Shown here: positions 1 to 13,316 of the stretch, one piece after another
How positions within the stretch are numbered: the stretch's first letter is position 1
Layout of the letters: each line of letters starts with the position of its first letter
Assembly: GCA_951406725.2 (NCBI GenBank)
Contig: OX597822.1
Location: 16,306,001-16,370,000, forward strand
Direction of reading: 5' to 3'
Source: Octopus vulgaris
Taxonomy: Eukaryota
DNA: 64,000 bases
Notes under the pieces: model-generated
Told to the model about the DNA's origin: nothing
What the model saw: only the letters and a program-made list of their open reading frames with translations
Databases searched by the model: none
Made by a program: the position numbers and the translations under genes

Positions 1-1
1 G

Positions 2-2
2 C

Positions 3-95
<93 letters not shown>

Positions 96-108
96 GGATG
101 GATGGATG
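2..108. repeat. (TAGA)n/(TGGA)n microsatellite
   Basis: Direct tetranucleotide array. Confidence 0.97.
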
Positions 109-906
109 TGAAGTGATTTGTTTGTAATATACCTGTTGATATACTCATCCGCATCTATATAAAATAACATTCACACCAATGAATAAACTTTTAGCTATTA
201 CAAAGTATGCCGGGTAGACACGATTTTGTGTTACTCAACTTTGTTCTTATTCTTATTCTTATTCTTATTCTTCTCATACGTAGTGATATTGTCATTTCAA
301 CTGATGATGACAGTTCAGTTGCTATATTTGACCAACCTTGGTTTAATATTTCCTCTATCTAAGACAATATTGCACATAATTCATTCTGTTCTGAGAAGTC
401 GCTTCGTAAGTATTAATATTTTCTAAAAGAATTGAAATAAATTACATCGCAATGTCCAGTGATAAGATGCATTGTGTCAACCGATGAATAGTTTCTGCGA
501 CGAGTTGACAGTTCTATGTAACCTAGTGACATTGTTAACGGTGAATAAAAAGATCGAAAAGGAAAAAGAAAGTGAAAAGGAAACGAAACACAGCGGCAGA
601 GGAAAGCAAGTAAAGTATGGTAATCAAAACAGAGCAATCGTATGTAGAGAATTGATGTCTCCCGGGTTATTGAATTGAAATTGTGTAAGATGGAACCATC
701 TGTGTATTAACCTTCATAACTATGATTCTTCGGAGGAATAGTAAAAGTTTGTTATTGAGACAAGATCGCAAGACCTCAATCATTCCAAGTAAAATCTGCT
801 ATTTCAAATGACAAAACCAGGCAGGCCCCCATCAGTAAATGCGTGAAATAATAATAGCCTACTCATATGGATAGTAAATATAATTCATATTTACATCTTG
901 CTGAAT

Positions 907-920
907 CCGCCAGAGGGCAC
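907..920 (+). promoter_or_regulatory. CTCF-like binding motif
   Basis: CCGCCAGAGGGCAC matches the CTCF core CCRCYAGRKGGCRS in otherwise AT-rich, apparently non-repetitive DNA. Confidence 0.4.
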
Positions 921-1364
921 CAAAAAGGCAAATTGAATAGATAATAACAATAGATGTCTTGACGGAAAAGGAAAAAAATAGAAAGAATATGATTTGTACA
1001 CTTGATAATAAAACTCGACGCTGGTTGTGTAGTGGAGATTATCTTTCAATGCACCATTTTCATACTGAATAAGCTTCCGAGTTACACTTGGAACATAATC
1101 TATTTCAAAAGAGAGGTTATTTTTCTTTCATTTTCTAAATTGTTTATATTTTTTTTTGCGTGAGTGAATGCCTCTCTGTCTACTTTCTACCTGTATCAAA
1201 AGGTATGTGTCTGGTTTAATATACATTATTTGTATAAATATCAACGGAAATATGTCTTGCTATATAATCTTTTTATCGTATGTAATAATGAATATATGCT
1301 ACATGAATTAATATGCAAATGATATCAATCAATATATATTTATGTGTATGTATGTATGTATATG

Positions 1365-1465
1365 TATGTATGTATATATATATATGTATGTATGTATATA
1401 TGTATATATATACATATATATATAAATATATATATATGTGTGTGTGAGTGTGTGTGTGTGTGTGT
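1365..1465. repeat. (TA)/(TATG)/(TG) compound microsatellite
   Basis: Simple repeat preceding the SINE. Confidence 0.9.
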
Positions 1466-1737
1466 GGAGGCGCAATGGCCCAGTGGTTAGGGCAGCGGAC
1501 TCGCGGTCGCAGGATCGCGGTTTCGATTCCCAGACCGGGCGTTGTGAGTGTTTATTGAGCGAAAACACCTAAAAGCTCCACGACGCTCCGGCAGGGGGTG
1601 ATGATCCCTGCTGTACTCTTTCACCACTCTTTCGCCCATTCTTTCTTCTGTTGGCCTGCTCGCGGGGTGGCGTCATTCGAAGGCTAAAACAATGCGAACG
1701 CATTGCGACCAGCGATGTGTAACAACATTTGATGGTG
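1466..1737 (+). mobile_element. tRNA-Arg-derived SINE (octopus OR1/OR2-like)
   Basis: Head GGAGGCGCAATGGCCCAGTGGTTAGGGCAGCGGACTCGCGG...GGTTTCGATTCCC has Pol III A and B boxes and a TCG anticodon-like loop, followed by about 200 bp of tRNA-unrelated body. Confidence 0.8.
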
Positions 1738-1742
1738 ATATA

Positions 1743-2097
1743 TATTTCGTTTTTGGATTTGGTTTGCAAGATTCTTTATATGAGTTCGTGTGTTGAAGCA
1801 TATTCTGTTGTGTCTGGGGAGAGTCATTCTCTTTTAGTGCCTTATTATTTAACACACTCACCGGTAAAATTTCCACTTATTTCTTATTTTTATTTTCTAA
1901 AATTTTCGTTGCGTCCTGCAACCTTTTCACTAGTCTTGACTTTGTCTGTCATTTACACTGCATTCCCTTTTGATTGTTTGTGCGCATGTGTATGGGTCAA
2001 TGGGTCAGTATGCGTGTGTGCCTATACAAGCATGCATGTACGTATGTATGTGTGTGTGTTTGCATGTGTATGTATGTATATATATGTGTGTGTATGC

Positions 2098-2128
<31 letters not shown>

Positions 2129-2559
2129 TGTATGTATGTATGTGTGTGCATTTGTATGTACTTATCCTGCATATTTTCTATGTGTGTGTGTGAGCATGTG
2201 TTTGTATATGTATGCACCTCCGTCTCCTTGTGTGTGTGTGTGTTATGTAACTATGAACCATGTTTGTATGTATAGATGTGTATCTTTATATGTGTGGATC
2301 CGTGTCTCCATATGTGTCTGTTCATATAGTCTATATACCTATCCGTATATCTTATGGTAGTGGAATAGTATATAACTGTTATTTCTAAATTTCGGGATGT
2401 GGTGAGGCAAATTTTGTTGAACCCTAATTATAATTATGCTTATAATTATAAAATTTTTGTATAAGGTTACCGATAATAGTTCTTTTAACATACCGAACTA
2501 CTTGGTAAAATTATTAATTTTTAATTGATTAATTAATTTTATCCTTTATTATTATTGAT

Positions 2560-2560
<1 letters not shown>
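1743..2560 (-). mobile_element. Non-autonomous repeat family P1 (Penelope pLTR-like, degenerate HHR at 1897-1933)
   Basis: Segments recur at 11088-11600, 12020-12160, 12280-12535, 20765-20947, 56885-56986 and 63585-63650. Minus strand reads CTA-GTGAAAA-G-GTTGC-aggac-GCAAC-GAAA-ATTT-TAG. Both ends lie in TA runs. Confidence 0.6.
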
Positions 2561-2604
<44 letters not shown>

Positions 2605-2995
2605 AACGCACACACATACACACACACACAAATATATATACATATCTATATATGAATGTGTGTGTGTTTGTATGTATACCCGTTACGAAAGCCGATTGAA
2701 TATTGAAGATACCTTACATAAGTTTCGTTTAACGTAGCTGGATGGAAACTATATCAGATCACGACGAACTCACGTTGAAATAAGTATCAGGTTTAATGTA
2801 AAGTTCTATAAAGCCTTAAACACTGAGCCCCGGAAGCTTCAGTATCTAAACTTTCTTTTATCATTTAGTCAGGGTAATTACAGTCACATGATCGTTCACA
2901 CGTCCTCGGAAACTACTGGGATATTGGTGTATATATATTCTCAAACCGTGAGCTGTTCCGAGCGCTTGCGACACACCAGTCTCCGCTAAATGCAT

Positions 2996-3073
2996 CCACG
3001 TTTCGAGGTGTTGATGTTAAACCGGATGAGTATTTCAAGCAGAACTCTGTCCTGACACGATTCTCATCAGATT
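2996..3073 (-). ncRNA. Degenerate hammerhead ribozyme motif
   Basis: CTGATGA-GA...TC-GAAA-CGT-G; position 17 is G and stem I is weak, so probably inactive. Confidence 0.35.
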
Positions 3074-3255
3074 TGTTGTAAAACCTGTACAGAAATTTCT
3101 TTCTTGGTTATAAAAAAAAAAGAACTATTTACCAAAGACTATCGTTATCGATTATTGTTGAAACATCCTGGAGTGACAATTACATTTTACAAATAAGCTA
3201 CATTGTGCGTTAAAACTAAAAGACTTCGGTTTATTTTCCCATTACACACACAAAC

Positions 3256-3256
<1 letters not shown>

Positions 3257-3353
<97 letters not shown>

Positions 3354-3370
3354 ATATATATATATATACA
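3257..3370. repeat. (TA)n(TG)n microsatellite
   Basis: Direct. Confidence 0.95.
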
Positions 3371-4051
3371 CATAAATATAACTGTATATGAAAAATTCCT
3401 GAAATCGAATGTAATATATCAAAAATAAATAAGGAACAAAATGCAGGAAGTAGAAACTCCTAGGGACATTTGCATCTGTTTGAAAGCAATATAAAATTTC
3501 CTTCAGCGAAGCACTTGTCTTTTACGATTAATCAATCTATCAAATTGCACATCAGGATCCAAGGGATTGGTTACTCGAACTCTGAGGTCAACAGAACCTT
3601 CATCGATATAAGATGTACAATGACATGTGAGTATCAAGTTAGAATCGTTGAGATTATATTAAAGACAATCGGGTCTAAGGATTTTCGTTTGAAAGGTAAA
3701 GTTACTGACTCTTATATGACAAACGAAGCATCAAAATTTCTCCTGAGAATTTTAGCTGAGTGTGCATGTCCTTGATTTTAAACGTATGTCAAGTAATAAT
3801 TGTAAATATATCATTTTGGGAATAAAATATATAAGAATTATATGTGATATATGGGGTCTAACATAATTCAAATTTACCTGGAAATGAGCGAGTGAGTGTA
3901 TATATAGGGAAGTCAAATCTGAAATGCATGTATATTTCACATGCACACACACACAGATATATAAATATATACAAATATATATAAGTATATTTATATATAT
4001 ATATATATATATATGCATTATATAGTATATGTGTATACGTACACACACAAC

Positions 4052-4112
<61 letters not shown>

Positions 4113-4116
4113 GGAT
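4052..4116. repeat. (TAGA)n microsatellite
   Basis: Direct. Confidence 0.95.
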
Positions 4117-4201
4117 GAACATATAAGTATGTATATATGTGCATGTATGTGTGTGTGTGTTTGTGCGTGTGTATACATATATATGTATGTATATATGTGT
4201 A

Positions 4202-4232
<31 letters not shown>

Positions 4233-4282
4233 TGTTGTATTTTGAGATGTTTATTGTGCCCGATACAGGCACTATATATATA

Positions 4283-4635
<353 letters not shown>

Positions 4636-5920
4636 GTATGTATGCATGTATATATATATGTATATATATAGTACGTGTGTTTATTTGGCAAAAAAATGAC
4701 CAGCCCGAAATACGACAATATCAGTTTCAACACACGATTTCATATCAGGAGTCTTGTGTGGGGTGGGGTTGTATAAATATATGTATACATAGTCTGTAAA
4801 TATTGCGTTTAAAATATATCCAAGAATATCCATGTTGTAGTTGTTTATTTCTCACGCGACTTGCACCGAGAGCGTATTTTGATACCGAAACGATCAGATA
4901 ATTTCTCTTTCCCATTTTTTTACCTGATTCTTGACTTTTGTTGTGATTTTTTATGGTATTATGTTATGAAATGATAAACCCTTTCGTTACACATCTGCAA
5001 ACAGTTCATAAATCAAATCCACTACGTTTCAAGTTCATAACAAAAAGTGTTAGAAACATAAAATAGTTTTGTGTGTGTGTATGTAAAATATAGTTAAATA
5101 CATCAACTAAGAATTTTAACGTTGCAATATGCTTCCAAACAATATTTCTGTGATATTTATGGTGAAATAAATTCTTCAGAGCTAGTGGTTGAATGGTTTC
5201 TAACACATCCAAAGTTACTATTCTTTACCTTTGCGATGAGACTGAAATTTTAAAATTAGTAATATTTGCCTTCACCATCTATTTAAGCTATAAAACATTT
5301 ATTAATTTGAAATCATATAATTTAAAACGATAATCTATACTCCATCAGACGCAAAGTCTCTGATGCATTTTCTAATTTTCGTGAGATCTTCTTTATTCTA
5401 TTCTTAGAAAATATTTTTAGAATAATGAAAAGATAAGTTTGTGTATTAGAAATGGACGGCCATAATGCCCCTGAAAAACTGTACCGAGAGACTCTCTTTC
5501 CAAGCATTCCAGACAAACTTCTATGAGAAAGTTTTAATCACATTTGATGTAGATATTTCAGTGCAATTTCTAATTTTGAAAATGGAAAATAAAACTCTTT
5601 AACTTAGACTACCTTTATCGATTATCCTCGTAAAGTTGAGCAATTATATTTTAAAAATAAACTACAGTTTATGTTACAAATTAAAGGTTTAAGCTTTTAT
5701 CTTTTTCTTATTTGTATCCTAAAATTACAACGCAATATACCCTGGAAAAAATAATATAACAGAACGTAAAGGAGGAAATAGAAAACGTTTGCAAGTTTTG
5801 CTTCAGTTACAAAATTATGTAAAATTTCCTTTGGACAAATCCCTCGTCTTTTACAATTAGTCACTCTATTAAAATGGTAATTTCCAAGTTGACAGCAGCT
5901 TTTAGAGTCTATTTCTTATT

Positions 5921-6371
5921 TTTTACTTGTTTCAGTCATTGGACTGCGGCCATGGAGGGGCACCGCCTTGGATAATTGTTATTCAAGAGAATCACATCCA
6001 ATTCGTAATTTTTTTTTAAAGCTTGATACTTATTCTATCGCTGTCTTTTGCCAAACTGCTAAGTTTGGGGACGTAAACATACCAATACCGGTTCCCAAAT
6101 GATAATAGGAGACACACACGCACGCACACACACACACACATGTATACATATATATAAATGTATACAAATGCATATACATACATACATATATATATACATA
6201 TACATATATCAACAAGCTTCTTTCAGTGTCCGTCGACTAAATACACTCACAAGGCTGTGGTTGGCTGAGGCTATAGTAGAAGACACTGGCCCGAGGTACC
6301 CCGCAATGTAACTGAAGCCGGAACCTTGTGGTTGAGAGGCAAACTTCTTACCACACAGCAATTCCTGCGCT
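5921..6371 (-). mobile_element. tRNA-derived SINE family A
   Basis: Homologous to the 51019-51410 copy (head GGCGCAGGAGTGGCTGTGTGGTAAG, tail GGCCGCAGTC...TGACTGAAACAAGTAAAA). Confidence 0.85.
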
Positions 6372-8005
6372 AGACACATATAAGAAATACACTAATATAT
6401 GAATATCATGATAGAATTGTTCTTATCGAATTGAAGATAATTCGTTCCATTATTTTCGAGTGAAAAACGATGCCAAACTTTACGTATATAGAAAACTTGG
6501 CATCAGAACTTCCTTTAATATGTTTCGCTACGTAACGGTGCACGGGCTAAATCTTTATAACGTTAAACTTGCGTCTGTATAATTGCATAAATCGCCTCCG
6601 AAATTTAGATATAAGTGATATATTAATATGCGGAGAACAATGTAAGTTCAACTAGTTCACTGCGGTTGCATATCATAAAGATTTTATCAGAGAAATAAAA
6701 TTCTATAGCAACTTTTTCTCGCCCGAACGATACGTTACGAACAGTAAATTAAATGTTGCCGAAAGTGAACGTCTAAATTATAAAAATAATGCATTTGGAG
6801 GATTTAAGATTTAATCGTTAATTACAATTAATGTTATTGTTAATACATTAAAGATATTAATGAACGTCTGAGAGACATTCAAAGGAATTCAAAATATAAT
6901 TATATGTTATATCTCGTAATAAGAATTATGCAGTAAAAAATTGATCTGGTGTGCACGAGGGACAAATACGAAACGGAAACACAAAATTAAAGGAACGTAT
7001 CGCAGCTCTTAGTGCACAACTTACAAAATATGAGAAATGTATTTAAACTAGTGCAATCTATGTCGAATAAGAGACGTAAAATCGGTAAATAAACCTGAGT
7101 CCATACAAAGGAATAGTTCTGACTCTTTCAGAAAGTATAATTACCTCATTATCATATATATGTAGAAGTGTGTGTGTACGTGTGAATGCGTGTGATGCTA
7201 ATTAATATGAATATGTACCAGAAAATAATTTAAGGGACAAGACAAAAATGTGATGTTGTGCAACGAAATTCTGAAAGACAATATGACAAAATAAGTATGG
7301 TAACTGTACATTGCTCGAATATTTGTGATTAAGTGCGTTTTCAAAACATCGATTGCCCGCCGGTAGAATATATGGTTCTGGTTATTAGATGGTATTAGAT
7401 GGTTTCAATGGTTTTATACTGAGTAAAATTAATGACATTGTTCTTAAGAAGACCGGAATGAAATCTATAAATAGAATTTTACCTGAATTTACGATTGTTA
7501 TTATAGGTAGTCTATATATAGATCAATAATTATTCAAAGAACATTTACCTAAATGCTGGATTTGTGGTGTCGCTGGAGTGGTGAAAATACTAGATGTATT
7601 GTAATACGCGACTGTTATTGTATTAGCATGTGCAATTTTGCAAACTTGTAAAGGAAACATATGAAATTTTGTAGCATCGGTCATTAGAAGTTATAAATCA
7701 AATAGCGAAATGAAGAATTGCTGCAGAGTTTGACTAATGTCTACTTCAGTAATTGTGATTCAAAGTCATTTCTAGGGTCACCTATGTTATATGATAGATT
7801 GTTTATGCATAAAAAGATGAGAGAGAAGAAGAGATCTCTGTCTGTGGAATTAGTTATGAGAATGCGTGCGATAGGAGGAAACGAAGTTACAGAGTGATTT
7901 TAGATTACGATTTAAGAGAAACAAGGGAAAATGTACAACATATTAGCAACGAGAGTACATTCACACATACACACATGCATACATACACACACACACACAA
8001 ACAAA

Positions 8006-8093
<88 letters not shown>

Positions 8094-8165
8094 TCTATAT
8101 CGAGTCATCTGGCATTATGTACTTGTTCTTGCTTGAGAAGGTCTAACTGTTAGTTCTTCTCTGTA

Positions 8166-8246
8166 TTAACCTGATGAAAATGGCGTTTTTGCATGATGTA
8201 AAACTTACGTTCATCAACAAAACACGCCCGAAACAGCTGTAGTAAG
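8166..8246 (+). ncRNA. Type-I hammerhead ribozyme motif
   Basis: TTAAC-CTGATGA-aaat-GGCGTTTTTG...CAAAACACGCC-C-GAAA-CAGCTG-TA-GTAA: intact core boxes, palindromic stem III, GUA site; base of stem II is imperfect. Confidence 0.6.
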
Positions 8247-8261
8247 CGATAATCTATCTAT

Positions 8262-8389
8262 TTCTTTTAATTTCCGTCCACCAATTCCACTCACAAAGCT
8301 TTGGTCGGCCCAAGGCTATGGTAGAGGAAATTACCTCACGGTGCCACGCAGTGGGACTGAAGCCATGTGGCTGGGAAGCAAGCTTCTTA
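8262..8389 (-). mobile_element. SINE family A fragment
   Basis: TCCACTCACAAAGCTTTGGTCGGCCCAAGGCTATG...GTGCCACGCAGTGGGACTGAA is shared with other copies. Confidence 0.8.
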
Positions 8390-8870
8390 TTACAAGTAGA
8401 AACTTAACGGTAATATAAATATATAAGGAATAATGGTGCCATCATTAAACAATATATAAACAGATGTATAAAGATAATCAGCTTCACCGAAGGATTCGCG
8501 ATGCATAGTTATATATATTATATATATGTATGTAAAATTACATCTACAATAGCATAAAACTTTCAAAAAGATTTTCTCAGTGGCCAGCATATTTAAAAAA
8601 TTCCTTTTAAGGTTAAAATTATAAACAACTTATAAATAAGGGAAAAAGAAAAATTCTTATGCCAAAATTCCGAGAAATAGATTTTAAATCGTTATATAAT
8701 CACATATAATTCATCACTAAAAGCACGCAATTCGAAGCACGGTGACAGACATTTCTAAAATATTCCGTTATCAGCGGTAAATACGTTAAGAAATAAATGA
8801 GATACTTACTTGCACACCCGGAACAAGGATACACAAAGCCACGATCACACCTAAGTACCCCAAATATAGG

Positions 8871-8909
<39 letters not shown>

Positions 8910-9254
8910 TATGTATGTATGTATGCATGTATCCATGCATGTAGGAGAATTTTAAGCGAAGTGAAGAGAATGGATCGGAGATAGAAAGTTCAGCCCGCGA
9001 ATGCGTATTTGTGGTTTCGCCATGGACTAGGCTCAGCAGACTAGATTTTTTAATACTAGAAACATCATAATGAAATCCGTGAAATGTAATTTCTATATAT
9101 TCTTCTTGTCATCGTATTGAAGAATATTCACATCTTTTTTACTAAAAACTTTAAAATGATACACACAGTTATCCTACAGTAAGAAAGAAGACATTTTATA
9201 GTGTGGTTAATGCAGGAGAAAACTGCCCGGGTTATGTGCGAGTATGTGAACGCA

Positions 9255-9484
9255 TGCATACATACATACACATATACACACATACATACATACATACATA
9301 CATACATACATACACATATACACACACACATACATACATACACATATACACACACACATACATACATACATGCATGCATGCATACATACATACATACATA
9401 CATATATACATACATACATACATACACATATACACACACACATACATACATGCATGCATGCATACATACATACATACATGCTCA

Positions 9485-9515
<31 letters not shown>

Positions 9516-9608
9516 CATACATACATACATACATGCATACATGCATACATACATACATACATACATACATACATACATACATACATACATACATGCTCAT
9601 TACATACG
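9255..9608. repeat. (CATA)n array with higher-order duplication
   Basis: Interruptions CATGCATGCATG and CATGCTCATTA each occur twice. Confidence 0.92.
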
Positions 9609-9610
9609 TA

Positions 9611-10112
9611 ATTTGGGATAGAGAAGAGAAACTGTGGAGTTGGGAATATCAGCTGCCCAGCGGATGTTAACATAAAGTTGAAGATCAGCGAAAAAGAAAA
9701 TACCTACGCTGAACCATTGGGGAATTTGCAATTACTCTATCCAGATTACAAATTCAGGTATTCGTATATGTAACACACTGCTTAAATACCAATCTTGAGA
9801 AATTAGGCTTCCCAAAACCAGAAAGAAAAAAGCTGGTTCGAAGTCTATACATCCAATCCATCATTAGAACTGTAGTTTATCATTTAAGTATAAATGAGCA
9901 TGTCTAGATATATGCATGAGAATACATACCTAAAATAAAACATACATACATACATACATACATACATACATAAAAACACGCATACATATATACATACATA
10001 TATACAAAAATACTTTGTTGATGCTGAAATTCCAATGAAGAGGCTTTGGATCTAAGTGTGAAAACGTCTCTTTCTTTATTGGCAAGAAATCATAAAATAA
10101 AACTAAATAAGT
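9611..10112 (+). mobile_element. 3' fragment of an RLE-type non-LTR retrotransposon (family also at 24645-25944)
   Basis: IWDREEKL...ISCPADVNIKLKISEKENTY endonuclease-like peptide (frameshifted) plus a 3' UTR; reverse-complement match to 24645-25230. Confidence 0.75.
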
Positions 10113-10486
10113 ATATACATACACACACAGAAATTCATGCAGACACACACATATATTAATGTGTATGTGTATACGTGTGTGCGTGTTTGCATGTGTGTGT
10201 GTGTGTGTGTGTGTGTTTGCAGGCGTGCGTAAACGGAATATAAAGGAAGCAGATATGTTTATATGTTTATATACATGCACACATATACGGAAGGAGAGTG
10301 AGGGAGAATGTGTGAGAGAGGGAGAGGGAAAGAGAAAAATCCTCTAAATAAAATGGTAACCATAAATGTCAAAAGGGCAAAAGGACAGGAAATGTAAATA
10401 GTAAATAAATTTGTCTTGTATGTATGTGCACGTGCTTCTGCGTACGCGCGCGTTCATGGATAAACACACATACACGCACACACACA

Positions 10487-10582
<96 letters not shown>

Positions 10583-10706
10583 TATATAATCGCCCGTCAT
10601 TTACTATTAACGGATATCAAATGTTCAAAGATTGTCTATTCCTGTGATTTGAGAAACTGATTAATGTCAAAAATGCAGGTGGTTACCGTTGGTATATATA
10701 CATACA

Positions 10707-10844
<138 letters not shown>

Positions 10845-11087
10845 AGTCAGAAATCGTGTGAGGTGAACATATATATGACTAAACACGTGACTTTCCTAGC
10901 ATTACGACCGCTTCGCAATCTTCTCCATGTTGTATTCATTTCCGTGTGCAGCAAATCATACGGCCATGTTTACATTCATAAGTGTGTTCGCTATTATACA
11001 ATAGAATAGAATTGGACACTACATTACAATAGTTTGGGATTGGTTGCTATGTCTACTCCATTACATATAGCAATCTATGTATTTTAT

Positions 11088-12535
11088 TGTGGCTGCGGTG
11101 AGAGTCATTCTCTTTTAATGCCTTATCAATTTAACACACGCACCAGTCTGATTTCCACTCATTTACTTATATAATTTTACTGAAATTTTCGTTGCGACTT
11201 GCAAATTTTTTAATTGTCGTTGACTCTATCCGTTATCGGAACTGCGTTCCTTCTTTTTCGGCACGTATAGTTTCATTAATGTTTCGTACATTCACTATGT
11301 ATGTATGTATGTATGTATGTATGTATGTATGTATGTATGTGTATGCATGTATGCGTGTGTAAGTATATGTATGCGTATATGTGTGCGTGTATGCATATAT
11401 ATATTTATGCATGTGTGCACGTTTGTGTGTATGTATTCTGCATTACCATGCGCGTGTGTTGATGTTTGTTTATTTGTGTTTTTGTGTGCTAGTGTGTGTG
11501 TCTGTGTTCATGTTTGTGTGATTGTATGTGTGTAGGTGTGTATGTGTGTGTGTATGTGTGTATTTGTGTGTGTAACCCTGTCTCCTTGTGTGTGTCTGTG
11601 CTATTTCTTCTACTTTAAAAAGGGACTCCCAGAAAAACCAAAATACTTGAAAACAATCCACGCAGGCAGAGAGGAAAAATAACGAAAATCAATCTATATC
11701 TGGTCACCCACGTACGCGTTTCGGAATTAGATCGCTATAAAGAATATAGAATTATACTTTAGCCAACCATTTTCCTCATCAGCATAGGACTCCAAATATT
11801 AAATATTAAAAATATTAAATTCGAAGGCACTGGAAGAATTGAACATATCTCTCCACCTAACGGTATCAGACAGATCATATTCAGTGTTAGTACGGCCGAA
11901 TTCAAAATACGAATGAGGTTCTTCACCTTCCACTGCCAATCCGCGTGTGTCGTCAAGTAAAATAATACTGAAAAATCTGTAGTTTGTTATCAGGGAGAAA
12001 GTTCTATTAATTAATTAAGAAGTAATCAATAATTTCACCAAGTAGAATTCGGCATGAAAAAGGACCATTTCACGGTAAACTTAAGTAATACTTTATAATT
12101 AGGGTTCAGCAAAGATTTGCTTTACCACATACCGAAGTTTAGGAATAGCAGCCAAAAAACCTTAGCTATTTCTTGTATTTTAAAAAGGGACTCCCAGAAA
12201 GACCAAAATACTTCTTAATTAATTAATTTTACCCTTTGTTATTATTGATAATAGAATTTTCTCCCTGATAACAAACTACGTACATGCATGCATGCATAAG
12301 CACACACACACACACACTCACACACACACACACACACTGACCTACACACATGCACACAAACAAACAAAAAGGAACGCAGTGTAAATAACGGACAGAGTCA
12401 AGACTATTGAAAAGGTTGCAAGAGGCAACGAAAATTTTAGGAAAATAAAAATAAGAAATAAGTGGAAATTTTACCGGTGAGTGTGTTATATTATAAGGCA
12501 CAAAAATAAAATGACTCTCCCCAGACACAACAGAA
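11088..12535. mobile_element. Composite Penelope-like insertion with inverted P1 arms and an internal HHR
   Basis: P1 copies at 11088-11600 and 12280-12535 are in opposite orientation. A 49-bp direct repeat lies at about 11600 and 12165, and a short inverted repeat at about 11981-12024/12209-12278. Confidence 0.6.
11707..11788 (-). ncRNA. Type-I hammerhead ribozyme (best conserved in the window)
   Basis: CCTATG-CTGATGA-GGAA...TTCC-GAAA-CGCG-TA-CGTGGG: canonical core, 6-bp stem I with two G-U pairs, GGAA/TTCC stem II base, palindromic ACGCGT stem III, GUA site. Confidence 0.75.
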
Positions 12536-12840
12536 GACGGGAAATGATTACCTTGCCAAGCGGTGTACACGCAACAAAAGACTTGTTAACTTTGTATAAA
12601 GTCTTAAAATCATATTCGCAAAAGCTCATCCGCAAAGTATTTTGAACGCTTATCTTCAGTCCCACAAAGTCAGGTTGTTCGATTATATTTTTAACATTTG
12701 ATATTCTTAATAGGTTAATCAAACCCAATTACTTCTTATACGCATCGATCAGGAAACGCACTCACATCTTTTACATTTTCTACTGACGTCTATTTCCATA
12801 AGGAAATCTTAGAAATTTTCAGCATTTCTCTGAGTATATT

Positions 12841-12997
12841 CTTTTATTTGTTTCAGTCAGTTTGATTGTGGCCATGCTGGAGCTCCGCTCGAAACGTTAA
12901 ACCCTCCTTCTTCCCTTCTTTCCTGGGCGTCCAATAATACTTTATTTGTTCCACGTCCTCGCGTTGCTGTGTTTTTTTTGTGTTTTCTTGTTTGGGT

Positions 12998-13032
<35 letters not shown>

Positions 13033-13180
13033 GACGGGCTTCTTTCAGTTTCTGTCTACCAAATCCACTCACACGGCTTTGATCAGCCCGAGGCTATAGT
13101 AGAAGACACCCAAGGTGCCACGCAGATGGACTGAACATGTCGTTGGGAAGTAAGCTTCTTACCACACAACCACACCTACA
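12841..13180 (-). mobile_element. SINE family A, with its middle replaced by a pLTR-like fragment
   Basis: Tail at 12841-12883 and head at 13030-13180 match family A. Confidence 0.8.
12880..13001 (+). mobile_element. Family P2 pLTR-like fragment (3' half of an HHR)
   Basis: GAGC-TCC-GCTC-GAAACGTT-AAAC..., reverse-complement match to 54140-54262; ends in (TA)n. Confidence 0.7.
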
Positions 13181-13185
13181 TATAA

Positions 13186-13258
<73 letters not shown>

Positions 13259-13274
13259 CACATATACACATGTA

Positions 13275-13316
<42 letters not shown>

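Noticed and set aside
1466-1540. Functional tRNA-Arg gene
   Set aside because: The acceptor stem does not close, there is no oligo-T terminator, and it continues into a SINE body
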